A stretch of DNA of 64,000 bases from Gracilinanus agilis. Lineage: Eukaryota. Shown piece by piece: positions 48,771 through 61,594 of this stretch (positions are counted from its first letter, which is position 1; the number at the start of each line of letters is the position of its first letter). The DNA lies in contig NC_058134.1 of assembly GCF_016433145.1 (NCBI RefSeq), forward strand, positions 103,878,914-103,942,913. The letters run 5' to 3'. The notes beneath the pieces were generated by a model, which saw nothing but the letters and a program-made list of their open reading frames with translations, ran no database searches and was not told where the DNA came from. Both the position numbers and the translations under genes were made by a program.

Positions 48771-49634
48771 ATAAATCAAAACACTTGTCCTTAAATAAAG
48801 GTCCATTCATGAGTTCATGATGCTTGAATGTCTTTTTCTTCAGCTAGCTTTAGTGTGTTAGTAAATAATAGTGTACAGACTCTCAGAATAATCTTCATTC
48901 TATTGTCCTATCTGGTGATAATGTTGTCCTGGCAGGCGGAGCTCAGATGGAGTCAGCCAAGACTCTGCTTATAATGATCATAAAATGATGACCTTCCCAG
49001 ACCTATATAGGTAGTATCTAATGCCCTTTCCCAATACATGCCTGTGAATTTTAAAGAAATATCTGTATTGAAGTTAAATAGATTCTCTCTGCTAATTGGC
49101 TGTGAAATAACTGAAATCACAAATAATCTAAAACTTCATTTTAACCAATAGCTTCAGTCTCTTGTTCTAGAAGTCTAATTTTTTTTTAATTTTTGATTTT
49201 TTGTTCCCTACCAAGATTGGCTTGAATTTTATCCCTTGTTCCTACTGTTACACAGAGGTAAAGGTGCTAACAAGTAGGGAAGGTCACACTTATTACCTGA
49301 AATAGCAGGCCATAAATCACCAGGTTATTTCAGCATCTTTGGGAAACACAGAAGCAGCTATTTTCTCTGGCATTGTCTGGAAATGAGTTATTCCAAAAAA
49401 AGGGATTTTCCAGATAATACTACTTTACCTCTTCCCATGTCGAAACATTTTATTTTAATTTTGTTTTGTTTTGTTATGTTTTTTAATGTGGAGATCTTTG
49501 CCAAAATAAACAACTTCATGCTTTCTCAAAAAGAATATAGTAGATTTTTTAAGGTTTTCTTGATGAGTTAAGGTCATTAATAAGCATAAAAAATTTATGA
49601 TGCTGAATAATTTGGTCAAGAAAGAAATGATATA

Positions 49635-49875
49635 GAAGCAGCCACATGGTGCAGTAGATTGAGTGTAGGTCCTAGAATGAGAAAGCACTAAGTTCAAATC
49701 CTACTAGGTGTGTGACCCAGGGGAAATCATTTATCCTATTTCAGCCTCAGTTTCCCTACTTCTATAATGGGGATAATAGTAATAATACCTACCTCTCATC
49801 ATTTGGGGGAAGATAAATGAGATTTTTTAAAAAGAGTTTTGTAAACCTTGAAGTATGATATAAATGCTGATTATT
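49635..49875 (+). mobile_element. MIR
   Basis: aagttcaaatcc...cctcagtttccct...gtaaaccttgaagtatgatataaatgct. Confidence 0.8.
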
Positions 49876-50411
49876 GTTATCATATAACAGAACATGCCAG
49901 GAGATTGCAAAAATAGTTCAAAAGACATGGAAGAAAAGATATTCGCTTCCACTCAAAATGGCTTGCTTGTTGACAGATTTTTTTAAAATCAGCTTTTCCT
50001 TAATTTTTTTATATTTTAGATGCTCAGCTCCTACTCCTTGCTGCTATAAATGTATCTATCATAATGCAATGTGATTCCTCAAATAAAAATCTTATGCTTC
50101 TAATCTCTTATGGATTTCAAATTAGAACAAACTTGTCAGATTTTTTCCATTCATTATTACTTTCTTTTCCAAATTAAAATTAAATGGAGTAGGAATTAGC
50201 CTGTGTGACATGCAATTGAATGGCAAGTCCATAGAAATACTTTATTAGAACATGGATCTTGGCAGGTACTGTAGGTGGACAAGAAGCTACATTTAGCTTT
50301 GAATAGAACATTGGAGTGGATCCTGTTTGTGAAATTTATAGTGCTTTCAATGATTACAAGGACCGTAACATCACTGAAGACAATCTTATTTCATTATCCC
50401 TATTCTTTTCC

Positions 50412-50460
50412 AACTAATAATAATAATAACAATAACAACAACAACAACAACAATAATAAT
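50412..50460. repeat. Compound (AAT)/(AAC)n trinucleotide repeat
   Basis: Seen directly; explains the poly-Asn run in ORF 50275-50502. Confidence 0.95.
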
Positions 50461-50477
50461 GTTAACATTTATTTAAT

Positions 50478-50950
50478 GCTTGAAAATGTTGTTGGTATTT
50501 AATCATTTTAGTCATGTCTGAGTCTTTCTGATTCCATTTGAGGCTTTCTTTACAAAGATACCAGAAGAGTTTGCCATTTCCTTTTCCAGCTCATCTTACA
50601 GGTGAGGAAAGTGAGACAAAGTGTTAAGAAATTTGCTTAAATTTCCACAGCTAATAAATGTTTGAGGCCACCTTTAAACTCAGATCTTCTTATTTCCAGG
50701 TCTACTGCACCATCTAGCTCCCCAAGGTTTGTTTTTGTATTTGTTTTTTTGAAGGTTTACAAGGCACTTTATAAATATTATATATTTTATTCTCAAAACT
50801 CTAGGGGATGGATGCTATTGTTATTCTCATTTTATAGATAAGGAATCTGAGGCAGCCAAATGTTAAGGCCCATCATCTGATGTTAGATTTTAACTCATCT
50901 TCTACTTGCTTATAAGTTTTCTATCAGTTGCACCTCCCAGATGCCTCATA
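50478..50950 (-). mobile_element. MAR1 (about 50478-50725) followed by MIR (about 50745-50950)
   Basis: gtttgccatttccttttccagctc; cattttatagataaggaatctgaggc. Confidence 0.75.
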
Positions 50951-52074
50951 ACCCATTAGCTATTCAACCCCTTATAATCTGACATCAAATTTTATAACTC
51001 AAATGTTCTTTCCATCAGTATTTCCTTGATTATCAAACCTAAAGGACTTTTCTCAGTCCTCTTCTTCTTAAACTCTGCCTAGTACCAGAAAGTAAAACTA
51101 TTTGCTAACACCAGTAACCTCCCAATAAAGCTATGTAGCTGGCAAACTTGGAATATCAGAATTTCAATATGAATAATTCAATATGAAATTATGAAACATA
51201 ATTTCAGGTGGCCTAGAAGACAACAGAAATATACATCGTGAGCACAAGCAAATTTCAGCACATTACTAATAATGACTTTTGCAAAAGAAAATATGTGATT
51301 AAGGACATGTATGACCCATAAAATAACAGCAACAGAATCCACAGTCAAAATAACCAAAGTACTGGGGGGATTTTCTATGGAGAGTTTATAGAAAGAGACC
51401 AAAAAAATCAATAAACAAAGGTCTGAGAGGCTGTAGGCTGTTGTAATCTCCATAAGCAGTATACTATGAGTAGTTCAATATCTGTAAAAAATGGAATCTG
51501 GAATCTATATATTCTTAAAGCTAAGTAAAATTATTATTTTTAAACTATCCTGATGTAGCTTAATACACTGGATTTTTAAAAGGAATTGTGATTTGAATTT
51601 CTATCAAGTTAACTAGCACTCTCTTTTGACCACAAACTGTTGGGTGGCTCAGTTCTTCTTTGCTAACTCATTCTTCAGTTCTGGACCAAACTATTCTCTT
51701 AATAACCACCAAAATATTGATTTAATGGATCAGTACTACCCTGTATTCAACTCACCAACCACCACATCATCCTATTTATTTTCTTCTAGTCACTTCCTCC
51801 ATTTCTGCTTGTAAGGAATCTTTGGTCTTGTGTTCCTACCAAGGAACATCTTTAGTTGTTTGTTAGTCAAGTTATGCCTTGGGGCATTCTAGCCTATATC
51901 ATATCAATCTGTTGACTTGTCTTCTTTTCTAAAGCTTTCCCTCAATCCCTGTTCCCCACTACTAGCCTACTCTGAATAAACAATTCACCTAAGTGGTTAT
52001 AAAGTCATATTTGCATTTCTTGGCTTCATTATCTTCAAATTTATTAATCAAACCTTCATTAATATTTCTCACTC

Positions 52075-52440
52075 TTTAAATCATAAGATAAACATTTATT
52101 AAATGCCTTTTAGGTGCTGTTATACACTGAGGATACAGAGACAGGAGTGAAGTAATATGAGCTCTCCTAAAATGCTTATATCCTATAATAATAACTATGA
52201 TCTACATAGCACTCTAAGGTTCACAAAGCATTTCACAAATATTATCTCATTTTATCTTCATTATAACGTTGGGGGGTAGGTCTTATTATTATCTTCATTT
52301 TACTAATGAAGAAACTGAGGCAGACAGAGGATAAATGACTTGCCAAGGGTCATGCACCTAGTGTCTGAGGACAGATTTGAACTCAGGTTGCCCTGACTCA
52401 AAATCTTATACCCTATCTTTTATGCCATTTAGCTGCTTCT
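52075..52440 (-). mobile_element. L2 3' end plus MIR
   Basis: aaacatttattaaatgcc...ggatacag; cacaaagcatttcacaaatattatctcattttatc...gatttgaactcagg. Confidence 0.8.
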
Positions 52441-52495
52441 GTAGGAGAAAGAGCATATATACATATGTGTATATCTAAGACATTTGTAGATTCAA

Positions 52496-52562
52496 TACAG
52501 GGAATCCAAAAGTTCTGAGTGTAGCTTTTAAAAGCTTAAAACTGCTTTTTGGGGGATACCTC
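52496..52562. mobile_element. Tc1/mariner MITE remnant
   Basis: tacagggaatccaaaagttctgagtgtagctttt...aaaactgctttttggggga resembles the recalled marsupial palindromic MITE tacagggtgtcccaaaagtcttagtgcagttt. Confidence 0.55.
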
Positions 52563-52958
52563 CTCAAAGTAATTGTGGAGGCACTAATAACTGGAGGGAT
52601 AAGTAAAGGACCCACATATGAGTTGGAACTTGAGCTGAGCTCTGAGTGAAGCTAGATATTTTAAGAGGTGGACTTGAGGAGGGAATATATTTCAGGCACA
52701 GAGACAAGAGATTGACTATTTTCCATTGAAATAGCAGCAAGTAATTCTTCTCATTCCTCTCTGGTCTATACTCTGGACTTATTCCACCATGTCCCAGAAA
52801 GGTCTATATGATGAAGCTCACTCAAGCCCTCAAATTCATGAATTGGAAGTACTCTTGGTTCCTTCAGTTTCTCTCTGTGGTTGGATGACTCCTTCCCAGA
52901 AATTCCATTTATGGAGCATACTAGGCTAACCATGTCTCTCAAGACTGTACTCAAGACT

Positions 52959-53260
52959 TGTAAAATTTAAATTAATATCCAATAACTCAAAGTATTATGT
53001 TTTATAAGATTTATTAATAATCTTATTTTTTACTTGAAGTAGAAGAAATAAAAGAACAAAGTATAAAACGTAAGCATGACCACATGAGTAAACTTCTCCT
53101 GCCTGGCACTCATCCAACTGCCACAGCCGCATTCCCGGAAACAGTGAGAGAGAGGGTGGAACTACACAAAACTTATATCTTCCCTACCTTAGTACACAGC
53201 ATGAATACACAAATGGGATGCTGGGAAAAAGAGTCCTGGAGAGCAAATTCTAATTACACA
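52959..53260 (-). mobile_element. Probable solo LTR, about 300 bp
   Basis: tgtaaaattt...aattctaattacaca termini, antisense AATAAA (tttatt), 4-bp TSD gact/gatt (3/4 match). Confidence 0.5.
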
Positions 53261-53279
53261 GATTTTTCTCTATAATGCC

Positions 53280-53445
53280 TTCCATGGATGCCTTCATCTT
53301 CCCTAACTTTTACCTTTATTTTATGTGGGCTCTTCTCTCATTAAAATTCAAGTTCTTAGAGGATGGGAATTATCCTTCTTTTTGTTTGAGTTTGTATTCT
53401 CAATGATTAGTAAAATACCTAGCACATAGTAAATGTAAACCTAAG
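53280..53445 (+). mobile_element. L2 3' end
   Basis: aagttcttagaggatgggaattat...cctagcacatagtaaatg. Confidence 0.6.
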
Positions 53446-53599
53446 CCTTTGTTGAATATTTAGTTGGAATGTAAAGTGTGTGAAAAGGAATACTGTATAA
53501 TAAACCTTGTAATATAATATGAACCCAAAGCATAATGTTATTTAAATACCAAATAGGACCATGTATATTATATTAAAAGTAAAAGGGAATACAGGAGCT

Positions 53600-54065
53600 T
53601 TTTTCTTCCATAAGAAGTGAGATGATCAGACTTGTACTTTAGAAACATCAGTTGGGAATGTGGATTAAAAGAGAGAGAGATTTGAGGAGGAGAGATCATT
53701 TTGTTAACTATTTCAATTGTCTAGGAAAGAAATGGTGAGGATCTGAACTGGAGAAAGTAGCCCTGTGAGTGAAGAAAAAACAGATGTAATAGTTGTAGAG
53801 GTGGAATGAAAATTATTTAGTAATTGATTGGATATGACAGGAGAGATAGTGAAGAACTGGGGATAATGCTGAAATTGTGAATCTGGAAGTTTGGATGGTT
53901 AATGGTGCCCTTAAGAGAAATAGCAAAATTATTAAAAATGGAGAGTTTGATGGGGAAGTGGGAGGTTAGGCAAAAAGGTAATGAATTCTGTATTGTACAT
54001 GTTTGATTTAAGAAACCTAACATCCCATTTGAAATGTCTAGGCAACCAGTGGTGTGAGATTGAAG
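53600..54065 (-). mobile_element. L2 RT fragment
   Basis: ORF 53817-54131 contains CLDISNGML, similar to L2 CLLDISTWM. Confidence 0.7.
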
Positions 54066-54109
54066 CTCAGAAGAGTAACTAAGACCATCATATTCCCTGA
54101 TATGTCTGT

Positions 54110-54330
54110 CAGTTGGGAAATTGCTAAGCAAATTGTATCGTGAGAAAAATGGTATATTACTGAGTTATAAGAAATGACAAATATGAAGAATTCAGAGAAA
54201 CTTAGAAAGACATAAAACCACTGCATAGCTTTAAGCAATCACAACTAGGAAAACAATAAACTGAATGGCCCCAACCTTGAAAAAGGAAAGCATAAAACTA
54301 TATATTCAAAATGACTGAGCATGGCTCTGG
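54110..54330 (+). mobile_element. Old L1 3' fragment
   Basis: tgtctgtcagttgggaaattgctaagcaaattg...ataagaaatgacaaatatgaagaattcagagaaac. Confidence 0.6.
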
Positions 54331-55524
54331 AAAAACATTGAACAAAAGTACTTTCCTACTTTCACTGAAGATTTGGGGGACCATAGATGTGATCATTGCA
54401 AATGGTATTAGATATACTGCTAGGGTGAATGGCATTGTGAAGTTGTTTTTTTTTTTTTTTTATGTTTCCTTTTTAACCTTTGTTACCAAGAAATAAAAGA
54501 AGTGTTGTGTTATAATGGATAAAGGGGTAACTTTGGAGTTAGTTAAACCAACAGTCAAGTTTTGCCTTTTACAGAAACTGCCTATGTGACCTTGGGCAAG
54601 TCACAGAACTCAGTCTAGTCCCTGAGACTAAGTTTCCAAGAAGTACTAACCTTTATGGGTAAAAGACATTCTTCACTGGGAGCTCCCTAAGCCATCCTTA
54701 TTCTTATCCCTTCTTGAGTAAGCTTACTGGATAAAGGAGGGCATGAGAAGAAACTGGTTGGAAATAAGTGTGATATAAAGACAAAATTCATCAATAACAT
54801 CTTTTAGAAAAATCAGCTTTACAAGTACAAAATAGGAGAGTCATGGTTTGGAAATAATTTACCTGAAAAAGAAGATATTGGATATTGGAGAGGGTTTTAA
54901 TGCAGGGCATGCTCAGTGTGAATCAATAATGCTCCTCCCACCCCTACTACCCCACAAAAAAAATTATATGATCATCTGGAGAGGACTAAAAGAAGGTCAA
55001 ACCTCTATGTTAAAGGACCTCAAAATCACATAAATCATTGAAAGAATTGAAGAAGAGTTTGGAAAAGATAACCTTTAAGGTCCTTTCCCAATCTGAAATC
55101 CTCTAATTCCATAATATACTTAAATCCATGTATTTTTAGGTAACAATAATTTTTACCACATTTATGTAATATCTTCCCCCAGAAAGAAGGGATGTTCCAC
55201 AAATACTATCTAAGAACACATTCAGCATGCAGAAAAAAACATTTTTATTGTGCCCTGGTTCCATCATCGTGTCATTCTATTACCACTCAGTGAATCCAGA
55301 ACACAAAGCTACTCATCCTTTTCTATTTCACAGAGTAAATCAATATATACATATTCATAAAATAAATACATATTCATCTGTTTCTTCACAGCATTTCTAC
55401 TTTTTTATAGCAGAGATCTTAATGATGTTACTTCTCCTTTCACTGACCTTGTCAACATTTCTGAACGTTAACATGTATGATTTGAGAGTTTTTTTAATCC
55501 CTTTGCCTAAATCTAAAGAAGCTG

Positions 55525-55775
55525 AAAGAGCATGGTATTATGGATGGAGTACTAGACCTGGAATCGGGAGGACATGAGTTCAAATCTCCCTTCCATGCTC
55601 ATGAGATGTATTAACATGGGCAATACATGAGTCTCAATTTCCTCATTTGTAAAATAAGGGAAAATAGATGTGCTAGTCTGATGGCATTTATTAAGTACCT
55701 ACTATTTACCAAGATCTGTGCTGAAAGGGATGCTGTGAATTTCAGATGAGATTGTAAATGGAAAGAGTTTTGCAA
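55525..55775 (+). mobile_element. MIR
   Basis: gacctggaatcgggaggacatgagttcaaatc...caatttcctcatttgtaaaat. Confidence 0.7.
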
Positions 55776-57621
55776 ATTACTGATTTTATTCTTCTGAGTG
55801 ATTAACAGGTAGATAGGATGAAGGAGAAGTTCTTATGACAAACAGACTGTATTTGATCATTGCTCTATCCAAGTATAGCTGGACCTAATTGATTAATCAT
55901 ATAATCCATATTTCAACCCACCAGCTCATGGCTAGAAACTATTCATATGCCAGAGTCACTGTCTCCACTGGTCCCACAGCCCAAGCTATGAGAGTACAAT
56001 TATAATTAGGTCCTAGTAACACAGATCAACTAACAAATGAATACTGAAGACCTTTGATAGCCAAACACGATTTCTTTTACTTAAAACTATACGTATTAGA
56101 TATATTATGTTTTTTATTACTGAAAGGCATTCTTATATCAGCATTTTTCACACCAAATAAATTCTTGGTCTATCTGTATAAATATATTTTATATCTATAT
56201 CAATTGAATGGTTTATGCAGTTTTCCTTTTTAAGCCTTAAGGGTTGACCAGTTCATTTCAATCAAGAAGAAATTACTATGATATTTAGAAAAGAAAAACG
56301 TATTTTTCTTTTTGACAAATCTGAAGTAGCATTCAATTTGGTCCAAGTACTTCTGTTTTTCTTTCCTATCCCATCTCAAAAAAAAATGATTACTGTATTT
56401 TGCTACTGGATTTACCCTGACTAATTTTTAGACAGCACATTGATTTCTAAATTTTGTTCCTGGCACATCATCATTCATTTTATAAGGCACATCATTCTTT
56501 TGGGTGAATTGTTTTTTTTCAAATTGTCCATCTCAGATTTTTCAGCCTGATAAATGTCTTCTTCCTACTTAGCTTTACTTCACTGTAGTTTGTACTAGAC
56601 AATTCTAGTAACCTTGTTTTCAAAAGCATAATCCTTTTCATTGTCCCTTTGTTAATTAGGAAGTTTATGAGATGTAAGGAAATTACTTTCAAAAGTTTAT
56701 TTTTGGAACGTTCTGGGATGTTGTGTTCTAGAAATAGCAACCAGAGACAGAGACCTGAGCACTGCTGAGAATCAAGGTCCTGCATTCTCAAAACCAGATA
56801 GATACTGGCAAAACTGAACAATTTTATAGCTGTTTGTTTGTTTGGGGCAGTCCAGCATTTGGAGAATATTTAGAGAATTGCAGAGGAGAAAATAATACTT
56901 TTTAAAAAGTCCTTTGTCATGGTCAGTTTTTAAAGTCCACAGGGAAAGATGAATAAATTGAAAAGAGAATAGGTAAGAGGAGAGGGGGAAGGGAAAAGGG
57001 ATCAAAGATACATTAGGATCATGATCACTCCAATAGACAAGGATACTTCCATTGTTTATGCAGTAAGTGAATCTGGGATTTAAATAAGCTAATCTTTAGT
57101 GAATGCTGATGAATGAAGGAGGATTGACAATCTTTTGAGATCTTCTCTGAAGACCTGATACCCATTTTATGCAGGATTCTCAGCACTCTTCTCCCTATTC
57201 CAATTGACTATGCTTGTCTGGGTTAATGTCTGACTAAAGAACCTTCAATAATTTGGAAGTTGATGAGATATTTCATAGGGATAGGTGGAACTCAAGAAAC
57301 TATAACTGGCTTCCCACTTCTGATATTATAGGGAGAAGACAATTAGCAAGATTTTTCATGGGAGATAAAAGATTTAGCATGGAAAGTTCTGATTAGATTC
57401 CAGAGATAAGAGGAGAGGTTCAACCTAGGGATCTTAGTCTACAAAAAAAAAATCCTGGACATGAAAAGCTAAAAGATCTCTTTTTTGCTTTGTTTTGTTT
57501 TTATTGTTGTTGTTTTCTACAATAAATAGCTAAGGAAAAGAGTGAAGAGTGAATATTCTACATTACAAAATATTTCCTTATTTCTGGTCTATATACATTT
57601 GCACATTTTGTAGGACTAAAC

Positions 57622-58139
57622 TGTGGGAAGCCAATAAGAGAATAGATAAAAATCTGAGACTCCTCTTTTGACCCCTTTTGTGATTCTTGTGATTTCTTGT
57701 TGAAAAGTATTGTGACCTTATTGAAAAGCTTTAAGTTCCTAGCAAACCTGAATTTAAAGGGTTAACACTGTTCCCCTTTGCCCAGGAATGCAGCTACAGC
57801 CAAGGCCAAAACTTTAGCAGGGGCAATTCAACCTTAAAAAAAAAACTCCCAACTTGGCTTTCTGATAAGAACCAGTCAAAATTCAGCCTTGGCCTTGGTC
57901 TGTTCTGAAGCCAATGAGACTTTTTGTGTTTTGATATGACATAATTTGTAACTTCTGCACATCTGCAAAGTTTTGGGGGGTTCTTTTGTGTGAAATGAGT
58001 CTTGAAATATATATAATAAACTCCATGCTCCTGGAGACAGAGCTGGAAGCATGAGGTAAAAGATCTTCCTGTCCCATTATTTCCTTATTGACTAAACTGT
58101 CCTTATCAGATTATCTGAGATGATAAAGAGATCTCCACA
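57622..58139 (+). mobile_element. Solo LTR, 518 bp, with 6-bp TSD
   Basis: tgtgg...ccaca inverted termini; perfect TSD ctaaac (57616-57621, 58140-58145); tatatataataaa near 58009-58021. Confidence 0.88.
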
Positions 58140-58149
58140 CTAAACTAGC

Positions 58150-58350
58150 CTAACTGATGGATCAAAGTGGAACCAATACTTGCTCCTAAGTCAGGAAACA
58201 GAGGTTCAAAATTTACCTCTAACAGTTAAGAAATTGTGACTATGAGCAAGTCTCTTTGCTTCTTATAGTCTCACATCTGTAAAATGATGGGATTGCATGA
58301 AATTACCTCAAAGATCCCTCCAATCACCAAATCTGTGATTCTGTGGTCCA
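58150..58350 (+). mobile_element. MIR3/MIR
   Basis: aagtcaggaaacagaggttcaaa...catctgtaaaatgatggg. Confidence 0.7.
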
Positions 58351-58494
58351 TATTTCTCTTAGCAAAGAACTGTAGTCTTGAAGATTTTAATGTACATAAG
58401 TGACACATCCTCAGAACTAAAGAGTTATCTCTAGTTATTGTTATTGGAATAGTTGAAAAAGGTTCTTTTGGATCCTCTTTTGGTTACAGTTAAC

Positions 58495-58700
58495 CTAAAC
58501 TAATGAATGCATATTAAGTATCTGGGTATCAAGCACAGTGCTAAGCACAGGGGATGCAATTAATGAAAAGGAAGATAGTCCCTACCTTCAAGGAAACTAC
58601 AATCTAAAGGAGGAGACAGACACCATGCAAAAGGAAGCAGGAAACCTGAGAGGAAGAAGGATGCAGTGTGTATATGGCATATGGATATTTTGTTCTTTAG
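58495..58700 (-). mobile_element. L2 3' fragment
   Basis: atgaatgcatattaagtatc...gtgctaagcacagggg...gtccctaccttcaagga. Confidence 0.65.
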
Positions 58701-59429
58701 AGATGAATCTAGCAGGGCAGCAGATGCAAAGAAGAGTGATCTGATAGTCCAACTCCTGCCCTCTATAAAGGAAGTTATTAAAAGGGTTTGGTACTCTGCC
58801 CTTTAAACAGAGGGGATGCAATCTGAGGAAAATGGAGTCAGTCAAGGCTTGTGTAGCATCATGTTGGTGAGTAAAGAAGTGATAGGTTTATTTTTGGAGG
58901 AGAATCTTGTTCTCTGGAAACCAGCAGTAGAGCAGATTCAAAGTGGGGTCATAAATAGAATTCTGCTGGAGGCCAGAGAAATAGTTTGAAAATGTGTTTA
59001 AAAAATAAAGACTCTACCAATCCATCTCAGATGTTTCAGAAACTCATGTTATATGCCAGTGACTTGTGGATGCATAGGTGAATTATATTGACACATATGT
59101 GTCAAGAAATAACATCTTCATTCCTCCCCATTACTTCTAACAAAATAGTTTACAAAATATTGAAGCATTTGGGATTTAGAGTTTAACAATCTGGTTTTGA
59201 ATTATGAAACAAAATACTTTTATATGAAACAGAAACTAAAGGACTTTTTAAAAAATCCTGAACCTTATCAAATTTAGTATATAAGTGAACTGGCTAGCTT
59301 TTGCCCACTCTTCTACAGGCAGGCTCTGACATACTTACCTGGAAGGTGCTTTTAAATATAGATGACCTATGGAACCAGCCAGGTGGGCAGAGGCAATGGG
59401 AGAGTACCTGAATGTTTTTGAGAAAAGGA

Positions 59430-59780
59430 ATGGTATTTAATTCACCAGGCACTGGGATAGGCTTTGGGAATACAAAGACAAAAATATGAAACAATTCCTG
59501 CCCTCAAAAAGTTTTATTCTCTCAGAGAATAAGCATTTACATAGCACCTACTATGTGTCAGGCATTATATGAAGCACTTTACAAGTATGACCTAATTTAT
59601 CCTTGCAACCACATCGGGAGAGAGAAGCTATGATTATCCCCATTTTGCAGTTGAGAAAACTAAACCAGACAAGATGAAATGACTTGCGCAAGTTCACAGA
59701 GCTAGGAAGTATCTGGGCAGAATTTGAACCCAAGTCTTCCCAATTCCAGGTCCAGACCTTTATCTACTGTATCATCAGCT
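59430..59780 (-). mobile_element. L2 3' fragment (about 59430-59520) plus MIR (about 59530-59780)
   Basis: caggcactgggataggctttgggaatacaaagacaaaaatatgaaacaattcctgccctc; gaagcactttacaagtatga...gaatttgaacccaagtcttcc. Confidence 0.8.
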
Positions 59781-59924
59781 CTCAGGAGAAAACAATATGG
59801 CCCTAATATTAAATACAAAATGTATATTGTCAAAAAATTATAACACTAGCACTCTACTCTTCATCTGGCAGAAAAAAAAATGTTTATTTAATCTTTCGTT
59901 AACCCAACATCCCTGCCTTTTCTA

Positions 59925-61406
59925 GGTGGTACTAAGAAATAGAGCAGTGAATCAATGGAAAAGATTAGGTAATCAACACATCTAGTTAATTTCCATAGGA
60001 ACTTAGTATTTGATAAACTCAAAGATCCAAGCTTTTGGAGAAAGAACTCACTGTTTGAGAAAAACTGCTGGGAACATTGGAAAACAGTATGGCAGAAATT
60101 AGGCATAGACCAACATCTTACATGATATACCAGGATAAAGTCAAAATGGATACTTGATCTAGACATAAAGAGTGATACTATAATCAAATTAGGGCAACAT
60201 GGAAAAATTTACCTGTCAGATTTGTGGATAAGGGAAGAATTTAAGACCAAACAAGACATAGAGAACATTATGAAAAACTAAATGGATAATTTTGATTAAG
60301 TTAAATTTAAAAGATTCCATACAACCAAAAGCAATACAATCAAGATTGAAGGGAAACAACAAATTGGGGAAGAAGGGGAGGATTTATAGACAGAATCTCT
60401 GACAAAATCCTCTTTTGTCTATTTTGAGTCAAATTTTTGAGACTTAAACAGAGTCAAATTTTTAAGAATATAAAGCAATACAACTGAAAAATAGCCAAAG
60501 GATATGCAGAGGCCGTTCTCAGAGGAAGAAATTAAAACTATCCATGGTCATATGAAAATATGCTCTAAATCACGATTGATTAGAGAAATGCAAATGAAAA
60601 CTCTGAGATATCACCTCACACTTACCAGACTGGCTAACCTGACCAAAAAGGAAAATGATAAATGTTGGAATGAGAAAACTGGGACAGTAATACACTGTTG
60701 GAACTGTGAAGTGATACAGCCCATCTGAAGAGCAATATGGATCCATGCTGAAAGGGCCATAATTCCACGCATACTCTTCCCACTACTGGGTCTGTATCCC
60801 AAAGGGATCAGAAATAAGGAAAAGGATCTACCTTTTCCAAAATATTTTTAGCAGTTCTTTTTGTAGTGGCAAAGAATTGGAAAATGAGGGGTTGTCTGTG
60901 ACTTGGGGACTGCAGTATAATAGTTGTACTGGAATATTCTTGCATCATAAGAAATGTCAAACAAGATAAGTTTCAGAAAAACCTGGAAAGATTTATATGT
61001 ACTGATGCAAAGTGAAGTGAGCAGAACCAGGAGAACAGTGTTATGATGATCAACTCTGAAGGACTAAACCATTATCAGCAAAGCAAGTTTCCAAGATAAC
61101 CACAAGGGACTCATGATGAAAACCCTCTCCACAGCCAAAGAAGAAACTCTTGGAATCTGAGTACAGATCAAAGCTTGTCATGTTCCATTACATTTCCTTC
61201 ATGAAATTTCTATTGTGTGTATGATATATATCTCCTGTTACAACATAAACAATACTGAAATATGTACTTTCTTGGGGGAGAAGGAAGGAAGGAATGGTGG
61301 GAGAAAATCTGAATCCTAAAGTGTAAAAAACCATTGTCAAAAATTGTTTTTACGTGTAACTGAAAAAATAAATTAGAAAATTTTTTTAAAAATTTAAAAA
61401 AAAATT
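59925..61406 (+). mobile_element. 5'-truncated older marsupial L1 (ORF2 C-terminal part, 3' UTR, poly-A)
   Basis: ORF 60504-60728 (HMKICSKSRLIREMQMKTLRYHLT) and antisense ORFs; A-rich tail at about 61370-61404. Confidence 0.92.
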
Positions 61407-61594
61407 AATATAGATGACCATCGTCTATCTATCTGTAACTGACGCCTTCTGATTCAGCTACAACCCACAGAACCATAACACAAGGACTCTTTGGTAGTTA
61501 GTTTTTGTGACTAGAAAGGCCTCAGTGCTCTTGGTTAGTACCTAAATTAATTAGTACAATGTGTATACCTCTTGGAAAAAGGTCTTCAGAATTA

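Noticed and set aside
50275-50502. ORF with a poly-Asn tract
   Set aside because: The tract is simply an (AAT)/(AAC) microsatellite upstream of MAR1.
51178-51453. 91-aa hydrophobic minus-strand ORF resembling a membrane protein
   Set aside because: T-rich strands give F/L/I/V-rich ORFs by composition; no recognisable family motif or convincing splice sites.
59331-59342. atacttacctgg matches the U1 snRNA 5' end
   Set aside because: The match stops after 12 nt, so it is not a U1 gene or pseudogene; better explained as an antisense consensus splice donor.
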